Assembly: GCF_009914755.1 (NCBI RefSeq)
Contig: NC_060925.1
Direction: 5' to 3' (one strand)
DNA: 64,000 nucleotides
From: the human T2T-CHM13v2.0 reference genome, Homo sapiens
Shown: piece by piece, positions 18,050 through 33,699 of the stretch
Layout of the letters: every line of letters starts with the position of its first letter
Position numbering within the stretch: position 1 is the first letter of the stretch
Position numbers and translations under genes: made by a program
The notes under the pieces: model-generated
Databases searched by the model: none
What the model saw: the letters and a program-made list of their open reading frames with translations, nothing else
What the model was told of the DNA's origin: nothing

Positions 18050-18480
18050 ACTGATATTATCACACATTTCTGTGTCATGGGCACAGTTCTAGGTGGTTTA
18101 CCTTATTTTACATAATCCTTACAATTACCCAGTGGGGAGACATTATTATATTCATTTTATAAGTAAGAAAACTGAGGCTCTAAGTGGTTAGTTTACTTTT
18201 CCAAGGTCATACAGCAAATAAAGGGTAGATTTGGAGCCTTAGCTCAGATCCCTCACTTTCTGAAGTTCATGCTCTTTGGAATCCAATGATTCTCAAACTT
18301 TGATGTGAATATAAGTCACATGAGTGGCTTTTTACAATTACAGATTCTTGAGTCTTATGCCTAGAGATTCCAATTAGGACTGAGGTGAGTCTTAGGAATC
18401 TGCATTTTTAACAACAGCATTTGTTAAAATTATTACATGTAATCATGATGCAGATAGACTGGTGATCTTATATTAACATG
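18050..18480. mobile_element. MIR followed by MER5-type DNA element
   Basis: MIR core gaaaactgaggctc; MER5 motifs caatgattctcaaacttt and ggaatctgcatttttaacaa. Confidence 0.65.
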
Positions 18481-19152
18481 TTAAGCCATTCCTGATTTAG
18501 TTACCAACACAGTACTTACAGACTGCCTGTGAAATCTCTTTATGAGTAAATACTCTCGTTCATGTATATCTGGGAAGAATAAATGAATAAGAATAAGAAT
18601 ATGAATAAAAGAATAAGTGGCTTAATTGAAATTTCACTTTTAAATATTTATTGAATGAGTGAATGAATAACTAAATAAGGAGTTGCATGTCTAATATGTA
18701 CCAGGCAATGTTCTAAGACCAGGAGTTGTAAAGATATATGGTATAATTATCACCCCTAAGGAGCTTGTAACCTGCAGGGACAGAATTTAATAAGAAAAAC
18801 CAACTGGTATAGATGATAGAAAAAAATAAGAATAGCTAACTTGGTAATACAGGGCAGTTGGGGCACAAAGGAATAGAACACAGTCCTATTGTGGGTGAGT
18901 GGGAACATATAAAGCTCAGATTTTTATAAATAAGTAGGTATTTGCCAAGTAGACAAGAAAAGTCAAGCCAGTCTGGGCAGAGGTGGCAGTGTGGGCAATT
19001 GCATGGAAATATAAAAGGCCCTGGCACTCTTACTAGGGACATATAGCTGTAATGGCCACAACATAGAGATGAGGCTGGAACGGTCATGTAGGACCTTTCA
19101 GGAATCTGGACATAGCCTAATTTTCTTCTCTATTAGAGTAGAACATCTTGAA

Positions 19153-19155
<3 letters not shown>

Positions 19156-19184
<29 letters not shown>

Positions 19185-19465
19185 GAGACACGGTTTTGCT
19201 CTCACTCTGTCGCCCAGGCTGGAGTGCAGTGGCGCAATCCTCAAACTCCCAGGGCTCTGGTGATCCTCCCACCTCAGCCTCTGGAGCAGCTGGCACTACA
19301 AGCACATGCCACCACACCCACCTCATTTTTGTTGTTTTGTTATTTTTTTGTAGAGACAGGATTTTACCACGTTGCCCAGGTGCTGGTCTTGAACTTGGGC
19401 TCGATCTGCCCACCTTGGCCTCCCAAAGTGCTGGGATTACAGGCATGGAGCCACCATGCCCAGCC
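19156..19465 (-). mobile_element. AluJ
   Basis: Long T tail; diverged Alu with J-type cttgaacttgggctc. Confidence 0.9.
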
Positions 19466-20375
19466 TAAGGGTTCTTTTATATTAGTGCAAATGGTAATGA
19501 TGCCTTGGAAACTGATGAAACATTTGAGAGAAGCATGCTTAAATGTCACTCAGTTTAAAATATGGGTCTTGGAATTTAAGATTTTTTTTCTATGTTTAGA
19601 ACATAAGGCACCTTAGAGGCACAGACTTTATTAAAGTAACAAGGAATGCTGCCATAACTAGGTAGGGGCCCATGCCAATAGCTGAAAGGACTCTTTAGGG
19701 ACTTTAAGTAAATGACAAAAAGAGTCATTAAAAATGGCAATATTCACTTTGGGAAGAGAACTACCTATATTTTGTCACATAGTTGACTCATACATGTTTA
19801 TATAAAACAGATTACAAATGACAAAATATCGCAATTCCTCCTCACAAGGGAAACTGATGAAAACCTTTAGCTTGGTTGGTGAAAAAATTTTTTCAGTTTC
19901 TGACTCTGTTTAGATTTCCTCTCTTTTATTACTCAAACGTTGTTGATCCTCTTTGTTGTTACTGTTTTCTCCCTAAATCTGGTTATGCTAGAATATTTCT
20001 TCCTCTGTTGTAGGCCTTTATTCTGTCTCTTATAAATTTACTCAAATGTGTATCTAAAACAGTTTTCAGAATGATTTTCCTTTCTTGGTTTGCCTGGTCC
20101 TGGATCTAGTGAGCTCCACATAATGCGTTCTTCTTCCATGTGGATCCCCAGGGTCTTCTTGCTGCTTTGGGTCACGTGCTGCCAAAAAGGTGTTTGATTC
20201 TGAGTTTTTGTGGGAAGTGTGACATGTTGACTGGGACTAGACAAGAAAAAGAGTATTTCCCTTAGATAGAAACAGACACTTTTGACATATTTGGCAGAGT
20301 ACTAACAGTGAACCATTTCAATCCCATCAATCACTTACCTTTGAGCAGGATCTCAAGTTTATCGAGTTCAACAAT

Positions 20376-20980
20376 TTCTTTTTCTTTTTTTTAACTTTTA
20401 TTTTAGGTTCAGGGACACAGGTGGAGGTTTCTTATATAGATAAATTGTGTGACACAGGGTTTGGTGTCTAGAATATTTCATAGTACCCAATATGTAGTTT
20501 TTCCATCCTCTGCTTCCTCTCACTTTCTACCCTCAGGTAGGTCCCAGTGTCTGTTGTTTCTTTCTTTGTGCCAATATGTACTTGATGTTGAGCTCCTACT
20601 TATAAGTGAGAACATATGGAATTTTGTTTTCTGTTTCTGCATTAGGATTTGCTTAGGATTGTGGCCTCAAACTCCATCTATGTTGCTACAAAGGACATGA
20701 TCTTATTCTTTTTTATGGCTGCATAGTATTCTATGGTGTATATGTATCACATTTCTTTACTGGGTCTTCCATTTTGGGCATTTAGGTTGATTCCATGACT
20801 TTGCTATTGTGAATAGTGATGTGATGAATATACACGTGCATGTGTCTTTATGGTAAAAGAATTTACTATATTCCTATGGGTATATACCTAATAATGGGAC
20901 TGGTGGGTCAAATAGTACTTCCTTTTAAATTCCTTAAGAAATCACCACACTGCTTTCCACAATGGCTGAACTAATTTAGT
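20376..20980 (-). mobile_element. Older L1PA (PA15/16-like) 3' end
   Basis: ttttaacttttattttaggttcaggg... and cacttataagtgagaacat 3' UTR motifs. Confidence 0.85.
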
Positions 20981-22923
20981 TTAGTCATTTTACACCTACT
21001 GTAGCCTAGCTTGCCTGTGCAAACAAAAGCTGGAATTGCCAGGAACTAAGATGAGCCCATTGTCTGTTAATTACTTACCTCTGCCATCCCAATTACTTGT
21101 TTCTTATTCTTCTTGTATGCTGTCTCACAATTCTAGCCATTTAGCCTAGATTCATACTGTTCATTTGTAAAGTGAACTAAATGGAGGGTAATAATGAATT
21201 TGAAGGCAACCAAACAAGAATAAACACCAAACAAGATAAATGAAAAGGGAAACATATGTACAGCAGATTGTCCCACTAGTTTATTTTGGTCTGCCCTTCA
21301 AACAAATGTGTATGTGTAAAGTTTAAGTTTAAAAATATTAAAATATGGCCACAGGGATGTTTGTTACAATGGGCACCATGCCTATATAGTAAAGTGTTAC
21401 AGCGGCACCGTTCATACCGCTGAACTTCACGATCTGTCAGCATTTCCATTTTAAAACCCTTTCTGAATGAATTCCAAAAGCTACAGCATTACCAGAGAGC
21501 CCATTAATTTTAAAATGTATATATAAAGTTAAATTAAAACTGGTACTTTGGAATTTGCCTTTAAAACTTTGAGGATTTCTCCCCTGAGTCCCTCTTCCCA
21601 TTAAAAAATAATTGCTACAAACAATATGCCCCTAATACCAGATGTAGTAGCATGTTGGAGACAGGGGAGAGACTGATTGCGGGACAACTCTCTACAGAGA
21701 GATATTTTTTTCTAAACCTTTTAGTGCATCTCTACCCAAATTCTTTTAAAGAACTATTATTATAGAGCAATTTATGGAAATAATAGGTATTTCAGGAGTG
21801 AAAGGAAATTTTCTACCCAGATTTACTTTTCCTGAATCTCCTCTGGCAATTTCCCTCATTTTTCATATGACAAAATTTTGTTCTAAAAGTCGCTGAAAAA
21901 AATTTTAAGGTTACATATTATAATTAGAATGCAATTTTTTCTAGATGTACAGAAATAAAACAATTTTCAAGTAATAGTTTGCAGATATGCTAACAGATAA
22001 TTGAGGCACTTAGAATCATAGTAACACACTAAATGGTATTTCCTAATGTTAATGTTTTTTCAAGAAATGTATCTTTGGAAGAGAGTTAATCGTGTGTACA
22101 TAAAATTTAAAGAACAATAGCATCATATAAGAAATCCTATATTATTAGTATCTTTGAAGGCTCTGTATGCCCTCCAGATCCCAAATCAGAGCTTTTAACA
22201 TTTGAAAAATTTATAACAAGGTTTGGACCAAAATAATTTTGTTTTTCAGTATATGAAGAATTAATATTTACTTAAAGGTTCTTGTAAAAGAGCAGGAGTT
22301 ATGATATTTCTTTCCCCACTGAAAATAAATCCTTTGGGTTTGAGCTTCGTACACTTCTGCATTTGTCTGGTCAGTCTGTCCATGTCTCCTCCAAGGCTAA
22401 CCTACGTCTTTGCTTGTGAAGAGCTCTCCCATTTCTGATCTCTCTGTGCCAGCCCAATCTGTCTGCCACAGTTGTTTCCTGGCAGTACTGAAAATAAGAA
22501 GTGCGTGTGATTAATAATACGGCTCAATATAACTACACTTGCCAGGAACTATTGGCTTTCATCCAATAGGGAAAATGAATCCAAACGATTATATTTGACC
22601 CTCTTGTGCTCTAAAATAAGATTTCCAACATAGGCACACTTTTATTTGTTCAAAGATCTCAAAGGCTTCAGATTGGCAAGAATTCCAAGATGAAATTTCT
22701 TAAATTTGCCCTCTGAATTGTGCCTTGTAAAATTATTTTTTCTGTCATACAATTCTTAGTTTACATTTACTATGATACAGTATTTCTCCCATCATTTCTC
22801 TAACCCAAATTGAGGTTTATACTAACTGTATAAGCTAATTATGTAGAGATATTTCCCTTCCTCTTGTTTTATTTAGTATTTGCACGCAGATTACTAAATC
22901 AAGATTGTTTTCCTATGAACCTG

Positions 22924-22968
22924 GTGTGTGTGTGTGTGTGCGCGCATGTGCACACACACACGTGTACA
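22924..22968. repeat. Alternating purine-pyrimidine tract (TG)n(CG)n(CA)n
   Basis: 45 bp of unbroken RY alternation. Confidence 0.9.
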
Positions 22969-24119
22969 GAAACAGACACATAATTTGAGAACAAACTTAT
23001 TTCTCTTTCATCACTGGTCTTTATTTCAAGTCTGTCTATTCAGCTCATAGTTCCACATTTTAATATAGGAAGCAAATTGACTGAAAGGCACTAGTTGGCT
23101 AACATACAAATTACTTCTGTCCTCAGAGGAAATCTTAGTCATGTTTAAAGGCTTTATAACACTTTTTTAAATTAATGGAATTAAATTGTTAATGGAATAA
23201 TTTATGTTAATATTTACTAAAATAAAAAGAAATGTGAGAGCACCTTGATGTTTAAACCATTCCAAAACTAGGGAATTAGGATGGTAGCTGACCACTGTAA
23301 TTACCAATCATTTTCTTCCCAGAGGATGTTTTGGTTTTTAAAAATTTTCCCATTCTCATAACCACTATATTTGATGTGTAAAACAAAATATCTGTAGCTT
23401 AGGACCAGAAAAATATATTTTTGGAATATATACTCAAGTAGAAAGTATTTAGAATTCCATTAGTGTCAGCCCCAAAGTATGGAGTATTACTTTGGTTAAA
23501 GAAATACTAAATGTGGATAGAAAACATTTAGGAAATACAAGAAATGGAAAGAATTAGAGTATGTCTTCGAGGGTAACCAGACTAATTCTAGGAGGATGGT
23601 TGTTCTTCCTAAAAATCTTTGGTTTAGACTTTGGTTTGAATAAAATGCAAGAGAAACATTTATAGACAACAGTAGCTAGGATGAATTTTGTTCCCTGAGT
23701 AGCATTTTATAAAAGAATGCATGTGAAAGGATTTTAAAGCTCATATACCAGATTGCATAAAGAACTGTTTCCATTATATGAAGTTAGGTAGCACTTGAAT
23801 ATCATGAATGAATACAAGCTTTGTGTGGAATGTTTCTTTTCAATGCAATGTGATATTAAGTACATTTATGTAAATAATGGGTGAAATTTTTAATATTATA
23901 TAAATATTACCTTTGTTATGTGATACTTCTGGAAGAGTCTCTTAACTCCCTTACTTTTGACTTCAGATGTCAGTGAAATCATACAGGCTTTTTAGGAAAT
24001 CCAAAGGAATGTATAAAATCCCCCTCCCACGCTGGATGATAGAATCAATGCTCTTTTCATGTATCTACATTTCTACAGGCAGTTATATAGCTAAACAGAA
24101 GTCCATGCACATCTATATG

Positions 24120-24480
24120 TGATATAGTAGAGTTGACTTAGCCCAGCGTAGAATCAAATCTTAACTTTGCAACTTAAAAGCTATGGGACCTTAGGTACAT
24201 TATGTAATTTCTCTCAGCTTCAGTTTCCCTGTTTGTAAAACAAGGATGGTATTACCATGTTCATAGGGGTGATGGGAAGATTAAGTGAAATAATCTATGT
24301 AAGATGCCATACAGTCCCTGGCACACAGCACATGCTCAGTAAATGTTACTGTCTCCTAACTATACTTTCAGATCTGCAGTATAGATAATTTTAATCCCAA
24401 TTTTACAAATGATGAAATAGACTTAAAGACAAAGCTATAGTTGCAGAGCAAGTGAATAGCAGAGTCACATTAGAAAGGCA
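24120..24480. mobile_element. Two MIR fragments in opposite orientation
   Basis: cttcagtttccctgtttgtaaaa and cccaattttacaaatgatgaaat cores. Confidence 0.65.
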
Positions 24481-25369
24481 GACCTTTCTGATGATAATGA
24501 TAATAATAATAACTTTATCTTTACTACTACTAGGTAGTGAATTTCAGGCTGGTTGATTGATGACATTTAACTCTAAAACTTAACGTATTTCAGTAATAGT
24601 GGCAGAAATAGAAAGTTGAATCCAATTATTGTGACACAATAAAGAAATCATTATAAATCTTGTACATTAAGTAATAAACCCTTTTCCCCCCTTTCCTTTT
24701 AAATTTGCTTCTTACTTGCAACTCTTACGAAGCTTACATTGCAGGCAGGTAACAAACTATCCTCAGAGAGGGAAAAGGCACTCTTCCCCAGCTGCATGGT
24801 CCAAACCCAGGACAACCAGAAACAGCCTGCTTTCACTTGGAAACAAAACTTAAAACAAATGCTGCAATTACTTCAGCTATCAGTTTAAACCAAGATGCAT
24901 CTGCCTCCAAACCTCTCCAAATGGTAACAATTATTGGTTTAATGTTGCTGACTTGCCACTAATCAAGACCTGTATTTATATTCTTATGAATAAATGTGTA
25001 TTCACATAGCTGGTTTACATGTGAAACAGACATTTCTATGAATCCTTAGAGTTTGTGTTTGCTTCGGGCTCAGCCATTTCACCAGGTATTACCAGGTAGG
25101 AGCTCTGTGTTGGGGGAGACTCTTTCAGTAACACAAATCCTGCCTAATACTGAGTCACTGAATCTAATGTGGTCAGAAGAGGAAAATCCTTTTTCTTTTT
25201 ATTAACTTCAATAATTTTGAAAACCTAGGAAATCTGTTGCAATGTGGGTACAGGGTAGAATATAATATTTCTTCATAAACAAATAAAAGTTGTTGAGGGG
25301 TTAATTGAAACAATTGTTCACACACACATAACACAAGCAGCTCTGAGCAGGTGAAGCCAGTGTGAGTTC

Positions 25370-25730
25370 ACAAAGAGCAAGCTCTGACAGACTAATATCT
25401 TTTTTGGACAGGTAGGCAAAACTGGAGATCAAAGAAATGCATTTCAATACAGTGTATCTGGATCTTAGAAAGGCATTTGACTGGATTTTTATGACACTGT
25501 CATGGAGAAAACAGAGAAATATATTTTAGATAACATAAGCCAAAGAATATACTGCATTATTATTCAAGGAATGTTAATTAATGAATAGATATGAACTTTC
25601 ATAAACATCTTTTAGTACATCGCAGAGCTCTGACGTTGATCCTTTCCAAATTGAAATTTTCAAGTTTTTAGATAAGGACACTTGAGAATGCTGATCAAAT
25701 TTGGAAATGATATAATGTTGGGATTTGAGT
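25370..25730 (+). mobile_element. CR1/L3 RT fragment
   Basis: gtgtatctggatcttagaaaggcatttgac translates VYLDLRKAFD, the CR1 RT motif. Confidence 0.65.
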
Positions 25731-25842
25731 GGAGTGACCAACTTTTCCCAATTTGCCTGAAACTTTCCCAGTTTGGACACTGAAAATCCTGAATCCTGGG
25801 AAACCGCTCAGTTCCAGGCAAACTGGATGGTTGGGCACCGTA
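25731..25842 (+). mobile_element. MER81-like hAT MITE (second copy)
   Basis: Same layout as 8672-8780. Confidence 0.75.
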
Positions 25843-26009
25843 GATTTGAGCAGCAACTAGAAGGAGGAGTAAAACATTGCCAGGCAGCACAAAGCACTGA
25901 CTCATGAGAGCCTAGTGTGTTTGAGAAATTACAAGTGGTTCGGGGTTGCCAGACCACGTATTGGTAGACAAGAGCAGTTAGCCAAGAATCAGGTTCCATA
26001 GGATCTTTG

Positions 26010-26811
26010 TTTTTTTAATTGTGATAAAATATATATAACCTAAATTGGACATTTTAACAACTTTTAAGTGTGTAGTTCAGCTTTAAGTACATTCACATCG
26101 TTGTGCAACCATCACCACCATCCAATCCTGACCTTTTTTCATCTTTCCAAACTAAAATTCTGTACCCATTAAACATTAACTCCCTACAGCTCTAGCAACC
26201 ACCATTCCACTTCTGTCTCTATGAATTTGTCTACTCTAGGTACCTCATAGAAGTGAAACCATACAGTATTTGTCGTTTTATAACTGGCTATTTTCACTTA
26301 GCACAATGTCTTCAAGGTTCATCCATATTGTAACATATGTTAGAATTTCCTTCCTTTTTAAGGCTGAATAAGTGTACGTATATGCCACATCTTGTCGATC
26401 CACTCATTCATCTCATTCATTCATCAGTGCACACTTGGGTTGCTTCTGTTTTTTTGTTATTGTGTGAATAATGCTGCTATACCCACAGGTGTACCAATAT
26501 CTCTTTGAGTCCCTACTTCCAATTCTTTTTTTTTTTCACTGTAATAAAGTCACACCTACTTTCAATTATTTTGGGTATATACCGAGATGTAGAATTGCTG
26601 GATCACATGGTAATTCCATTTTTGAGGAACTACCACACTGTTTTTCATAGTGCCTGCACCATTTACATTCCTACAAGCACAGAGGTTCCAGTTTTGCCAT
26701 ATTCTCACTTTTCTTTTTTTGATAAGTAGCCCTCCTCCTAATGGGTGCAAAGTGTCTCATTGCAGTTTGATTAGGATATCCCTAATGATTAGTGATGTTA
26801 AGCCCCTTTTC
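26010..26811 (-). mobile_element. L1MB-type 3' region; resumes at 29461-29610 after the nested Alu/L1PA
   Basis: ttttaattgtgataaaatatatataac end motif; collinear continuation across the TSD. Confidence 0.8.
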
Positions 26812-29459
<2,648 letters not shown>

Positions 29460-29639
29460 ATTAAGCCCCTTTTCAAGTGTTTATTAGGCATACATCTATC
29501 CTTGAAGAAATAGCTATTCAAATATTTTCCCCATTTTTAAGTTGTTTTTATTTTTATTTTTTTAGTTGTAGGAGTTATTTATATATTTTTGCCATCCTAA
29601 TGGGTGTGTGTGTTGGATCTTTTATGCCATCAAATACAC

Positions 29640-30230
29640 TAAGCTTATTCTTTCACAAGATGAAACCATTTAAAATTTTTAGAAGATGACGGCAAGAGAT
29701 TTAAATTTTAGGTGGTTCAATCTAGAGAAGTTAAGGAGAAAGATTGAAGGAGGTGAGGCCAGAAGCAGGAATGCAATTTAGAACCTCTTATAATTGTTAG
29801 TCAAGAAACAACAAAGACCACTGGTAGTGGAGTTGGGCAGGAAGAAATATACATGAGATTTTAACAGGGCACTATCAAAAGTGATGGATGACTGGTGGCA
29901 AAAATCCAAAAAATTTTCTGGTTTCTGACCTAGGAGACTGAGTGGATGGTGGCATCATTCACCAAATTCAGGAGTCTAACGAAAGGTAAAACCAACTTTG
30001 GATAAATTGAACATGAGGTACCTGTGAGGCAGACAGGTAGATATGTTGGTGATGAATATATTGACTTGGAGCTCAGCATGAAAGTGTGGGCTTGAGATAC
30101 ACTTCTCACTGTGAGCATGAACTATGAAACATAGATTGTCCAGGGATAATGTGTGAAATAAGAATATTGGTTTCCTAGGAACACCTAAATGGGCCAGGCA
30201 GAGAAAGAGAAGCTCACAAAGAAGAGCAAG
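29640..30230 (-). mobile_element. L2 fragment
   Basis: actgagtggatggtggcatcattcacc and ttggataaattgaacatgagg motifs. Confidence 0.6.
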
Positions 30231-33200
30231 AAAGACTATCCACACTGGTAAAATGTGCAGTAATACAATTTCAGATCAAAATAAGAACTCTGTAAAAATT
30301 AGAGTTGTCCAAAAATGGGGAAAAACCTTTTATTGAGAGTGAGTCCCCAGCCCCTGGAGTTGTCAGAAGCAGGACAACAACTGACTGACTCAATTGCATA
30401 TCACAGGAAGGACCCATTCCCTGATAAGGATTTGGTTTCCATGCCAACAGTGCACTTCTTAATGACTACGAAAACTTACTGTTTCATCAGAACATGAGAA
30501 TTTACAAATCCTTGGGAGCTCTTTGCTTGTTTAATATTTGAGCTTTCCAGGGCTGTTTGAATTCATTAAGAAGAAATACATGAGCCTTTTTTTAGTTTTC
30601 CAAGTCAAGGGCCAGGCATATCCCACTCAGAAATTGTTGCAAATATTTTGGGAATCTAAGCCAAAATAATAACAGTGATTGTCTCATAAATAATCCTTGC
30701 TGAAAGATTTGGACTTAATGGCCAAAACATTTTGGTTCCTGTAAGATAAGTAAAAGAACTTGCCAGTATCTCGGCAGATAACTCCTCCTGTGTCAAAGAA
30801 AGGCTCTGTTATAGTTCTATTTATAGTTATTAAATATGAATATGGGAACATAATGAATAAAGAAAATATGAATAAGAACATAAACCAGAATTACCCTTGT
30901 TCTATGTCCCTCATTACAAGGTTTACAGAATCCCAGGAAAATGGAAAGCAACGGAGTAAAATCTCTCCAAAGACCCACTTGATAAATGTTCCATCTTCTG
31001 GCTGGGAGGAGAGAGAAACCTTCGCCTGAGTCCTCTACTTGGGTCTCTAACTCATAATGAGGCCCACCTGCTTTAATATGCTGACTGACAGCACAGCTGC
31101 ATTCTCTCAGACAAGGTCTGCTCCCAAGATACACCAGACCTGGATGAAGTTCAGATCACCAGTTACTGTAATCCCATTGTTGGTCTCCAAGGAATGGTAA
31201 CTGGCTTTCCAAACAAATGGGAATAGTTTGGGAAACATCTCTGTAGTCTACACACAGGCAAAACTGTTTGGAGATGAAGGCAATGTATTCTTATTGTCTC
31301 AAAGTCTGAATTATTCATACTTAATGTCCCCCCATCCCCCACCATTCCTGCAAGGGACGAGAAAGGGAGCTTCTATAAACTGTACCATTCTAATATCCTT
31401 CGTTTAGTGTCAGTGATGAATTGAATTCTGCCTCTATCATTTATTAGCTGTATAACCTTGGATATCTTTGCCTCAGTTTCCTTATCTGCCAAATGGCAGT
31501 ATTGTGAGGATTTATAATACATAAGGAGCTTAGAACAATGTGTGTACATAGTGCACAAGTGTATGTAAGATACAGATTTAGAGAATTCCTCAAACCAATT
31601 GATGTTATTTCTGAGCAGGCAATGGAGAAGGATCAAGGATGCTTAGTAAATTAACCTTTAGTTCAAAATCTAAACAGGTTGCCTCACTCATTGAACTACT
31701 GATATCTGGGGGTCTCTAGTCTGTTCCTTATAAGGAGCTATTTACAATATAATGACACTTCCAAAATCTTCAGCAAGGACCCCTTTGTGGGGTCCTTAGA
31801 GTTCCAGGATGAAAGGTTTGGAGGCAGGAGAAAGCCAGTTGCTAAGAGCTGATATCATCTAACTCAGTAACTCATTTTAACTAAAGCAACTTTCTATTTT
31901 AAACTATCACCATCATCATCAAATCATAGAATTCTAGAACTGTTAGGGGTCTTTGATTTTTACCAAATCCAAGTACTTAATTTTACATGTATATGAGGAC
32001 ACTGACAGACAAATGCTAAGTTACTTGTTCAATTTTTCTGAACCAATTAGTCGTAGAGGACTAAAATCTACTCCTCCTGGTCCAGTTCTCTCTCATTCAT
32101 ACTTCTGTCCAACAAAGGTTCCTTAGACTCTTATGTTGTGCAAGACAATGAGAGTAAGGAAGTGAGTACAACAGTCTCAGACTTCAAGAATATTCTAATG
32201 TAGAGGAGAATTCTACCAAATAAACTGATAATTATACAGTGCAGTAAACATTAAATGATACAATGTTGGGTGAAAAGATGTCAGAGGGGCATGTTATACT
32301 TTAATAATAACATTTCCTCATCACTGAAGAGGACCTAGTATATGTCAACACTGTCCAAGGCTTTAGGGATATAAACGTGAAAAGGTACAACCCCTGACCT
32401 CCAACAGCTGTAAAACTCATCAAAATACAGTACAAAGTATCACATCCATGTTATGAGTGTTGCAGACAGTTTAGTGCTAATTGAGTTTAGGCAATGGAGA
32501 GCTCACTAAGGGATGGGGCAACTGGAGGAGATCAAATGTGACTGTCACAACAGGGTATTTTGTGTCCAGAATTTATTCCGTGAAGAAGAAATGTAATTCT
32601 TCTTTATGTCACTTCTAAATCAGATTCCTTCCTCCAGTATGATGGCTGTTCTCATGAGAGTCTTTTTCAGAAATTGCAAGAGAAGAACTGAAATGTGATG
32701 GACCTAGGGCATCCACACTTCTGCCAAATATCTTCTCATTATGCTTCCTAGCTTATCCTTTCTCGAGGATTCCTTTCATATTTACATGCATTTTCAAGAT
32801 TATTCACCTATTCTTTTCTCTAGACAGCATCCCTTTCTAGCTGTCCCTCAATAAGTCCGTTGCCTAATCCAGCCTTTTAAAAAATATTTCATAATGGATT
32901 TTTTATATTAAACTGACATTTCCTAAACATAACTCAACTTGTAACTTTTAAGTAAAAAGTTTTCAAACAACAAAATTGTCACAATATTAAAATATTTTCC
33001 AGCCATATATGTGTGAATGTGTATATGTGAATTTTAAAATAAGTATTAAGCCTACTAAGTGAATAATAAGAAAACAGATTAATATTAAATTAGACATTAT
33101 CTAAACTTGGACAAACTGGGTTTTTTTCCAAATTAAATATGAAACCATCAACCCAAGATGATTAGGAGGAAAATGATGTAATAAAATCAACTTTTAAATA

Positions 33201-33699
33201 GCTATAACATGTTGCATTTCCTAGGAATCTTCAAATGTTTGCTTAAAAATGGCCAAAACATTTGAAACAAAAGATAAAGTACCAAAACAACTTTTTGAAA
33301 TCGTATTTCTCAACATTTATAATTTCCCCATATTCTCTACATTTAAGGGAAAATTTACTTTCCCTGGAAGGAAACTTCATTTTTTCAAAAAACCACTCCG
33401 GTATTTTCCTTGCTAGGAAATAAGCCAGATGGTTCCAACACTCGGAATTTTTACTCAGGAAAAATTCAGAAATACAGGAAAACTTCATTAATTCTTTTGG
33501 TACTAACAGCCATTGTAATTTCTATAAGTTTTCTCTTTGATGAAAAAAGGCTAGTACTAAAACAGAAAATAAAGAATCTGATAACCACCAGCAAATAGTA
33601 CCTGAGATCAGTATGACATTCTAGAAAGAGACTGGACTGGGCTCAAGATGCATGGATTTGCTGCTAGCCAAGGAGAAGAGAATATATTCCACAGATACC

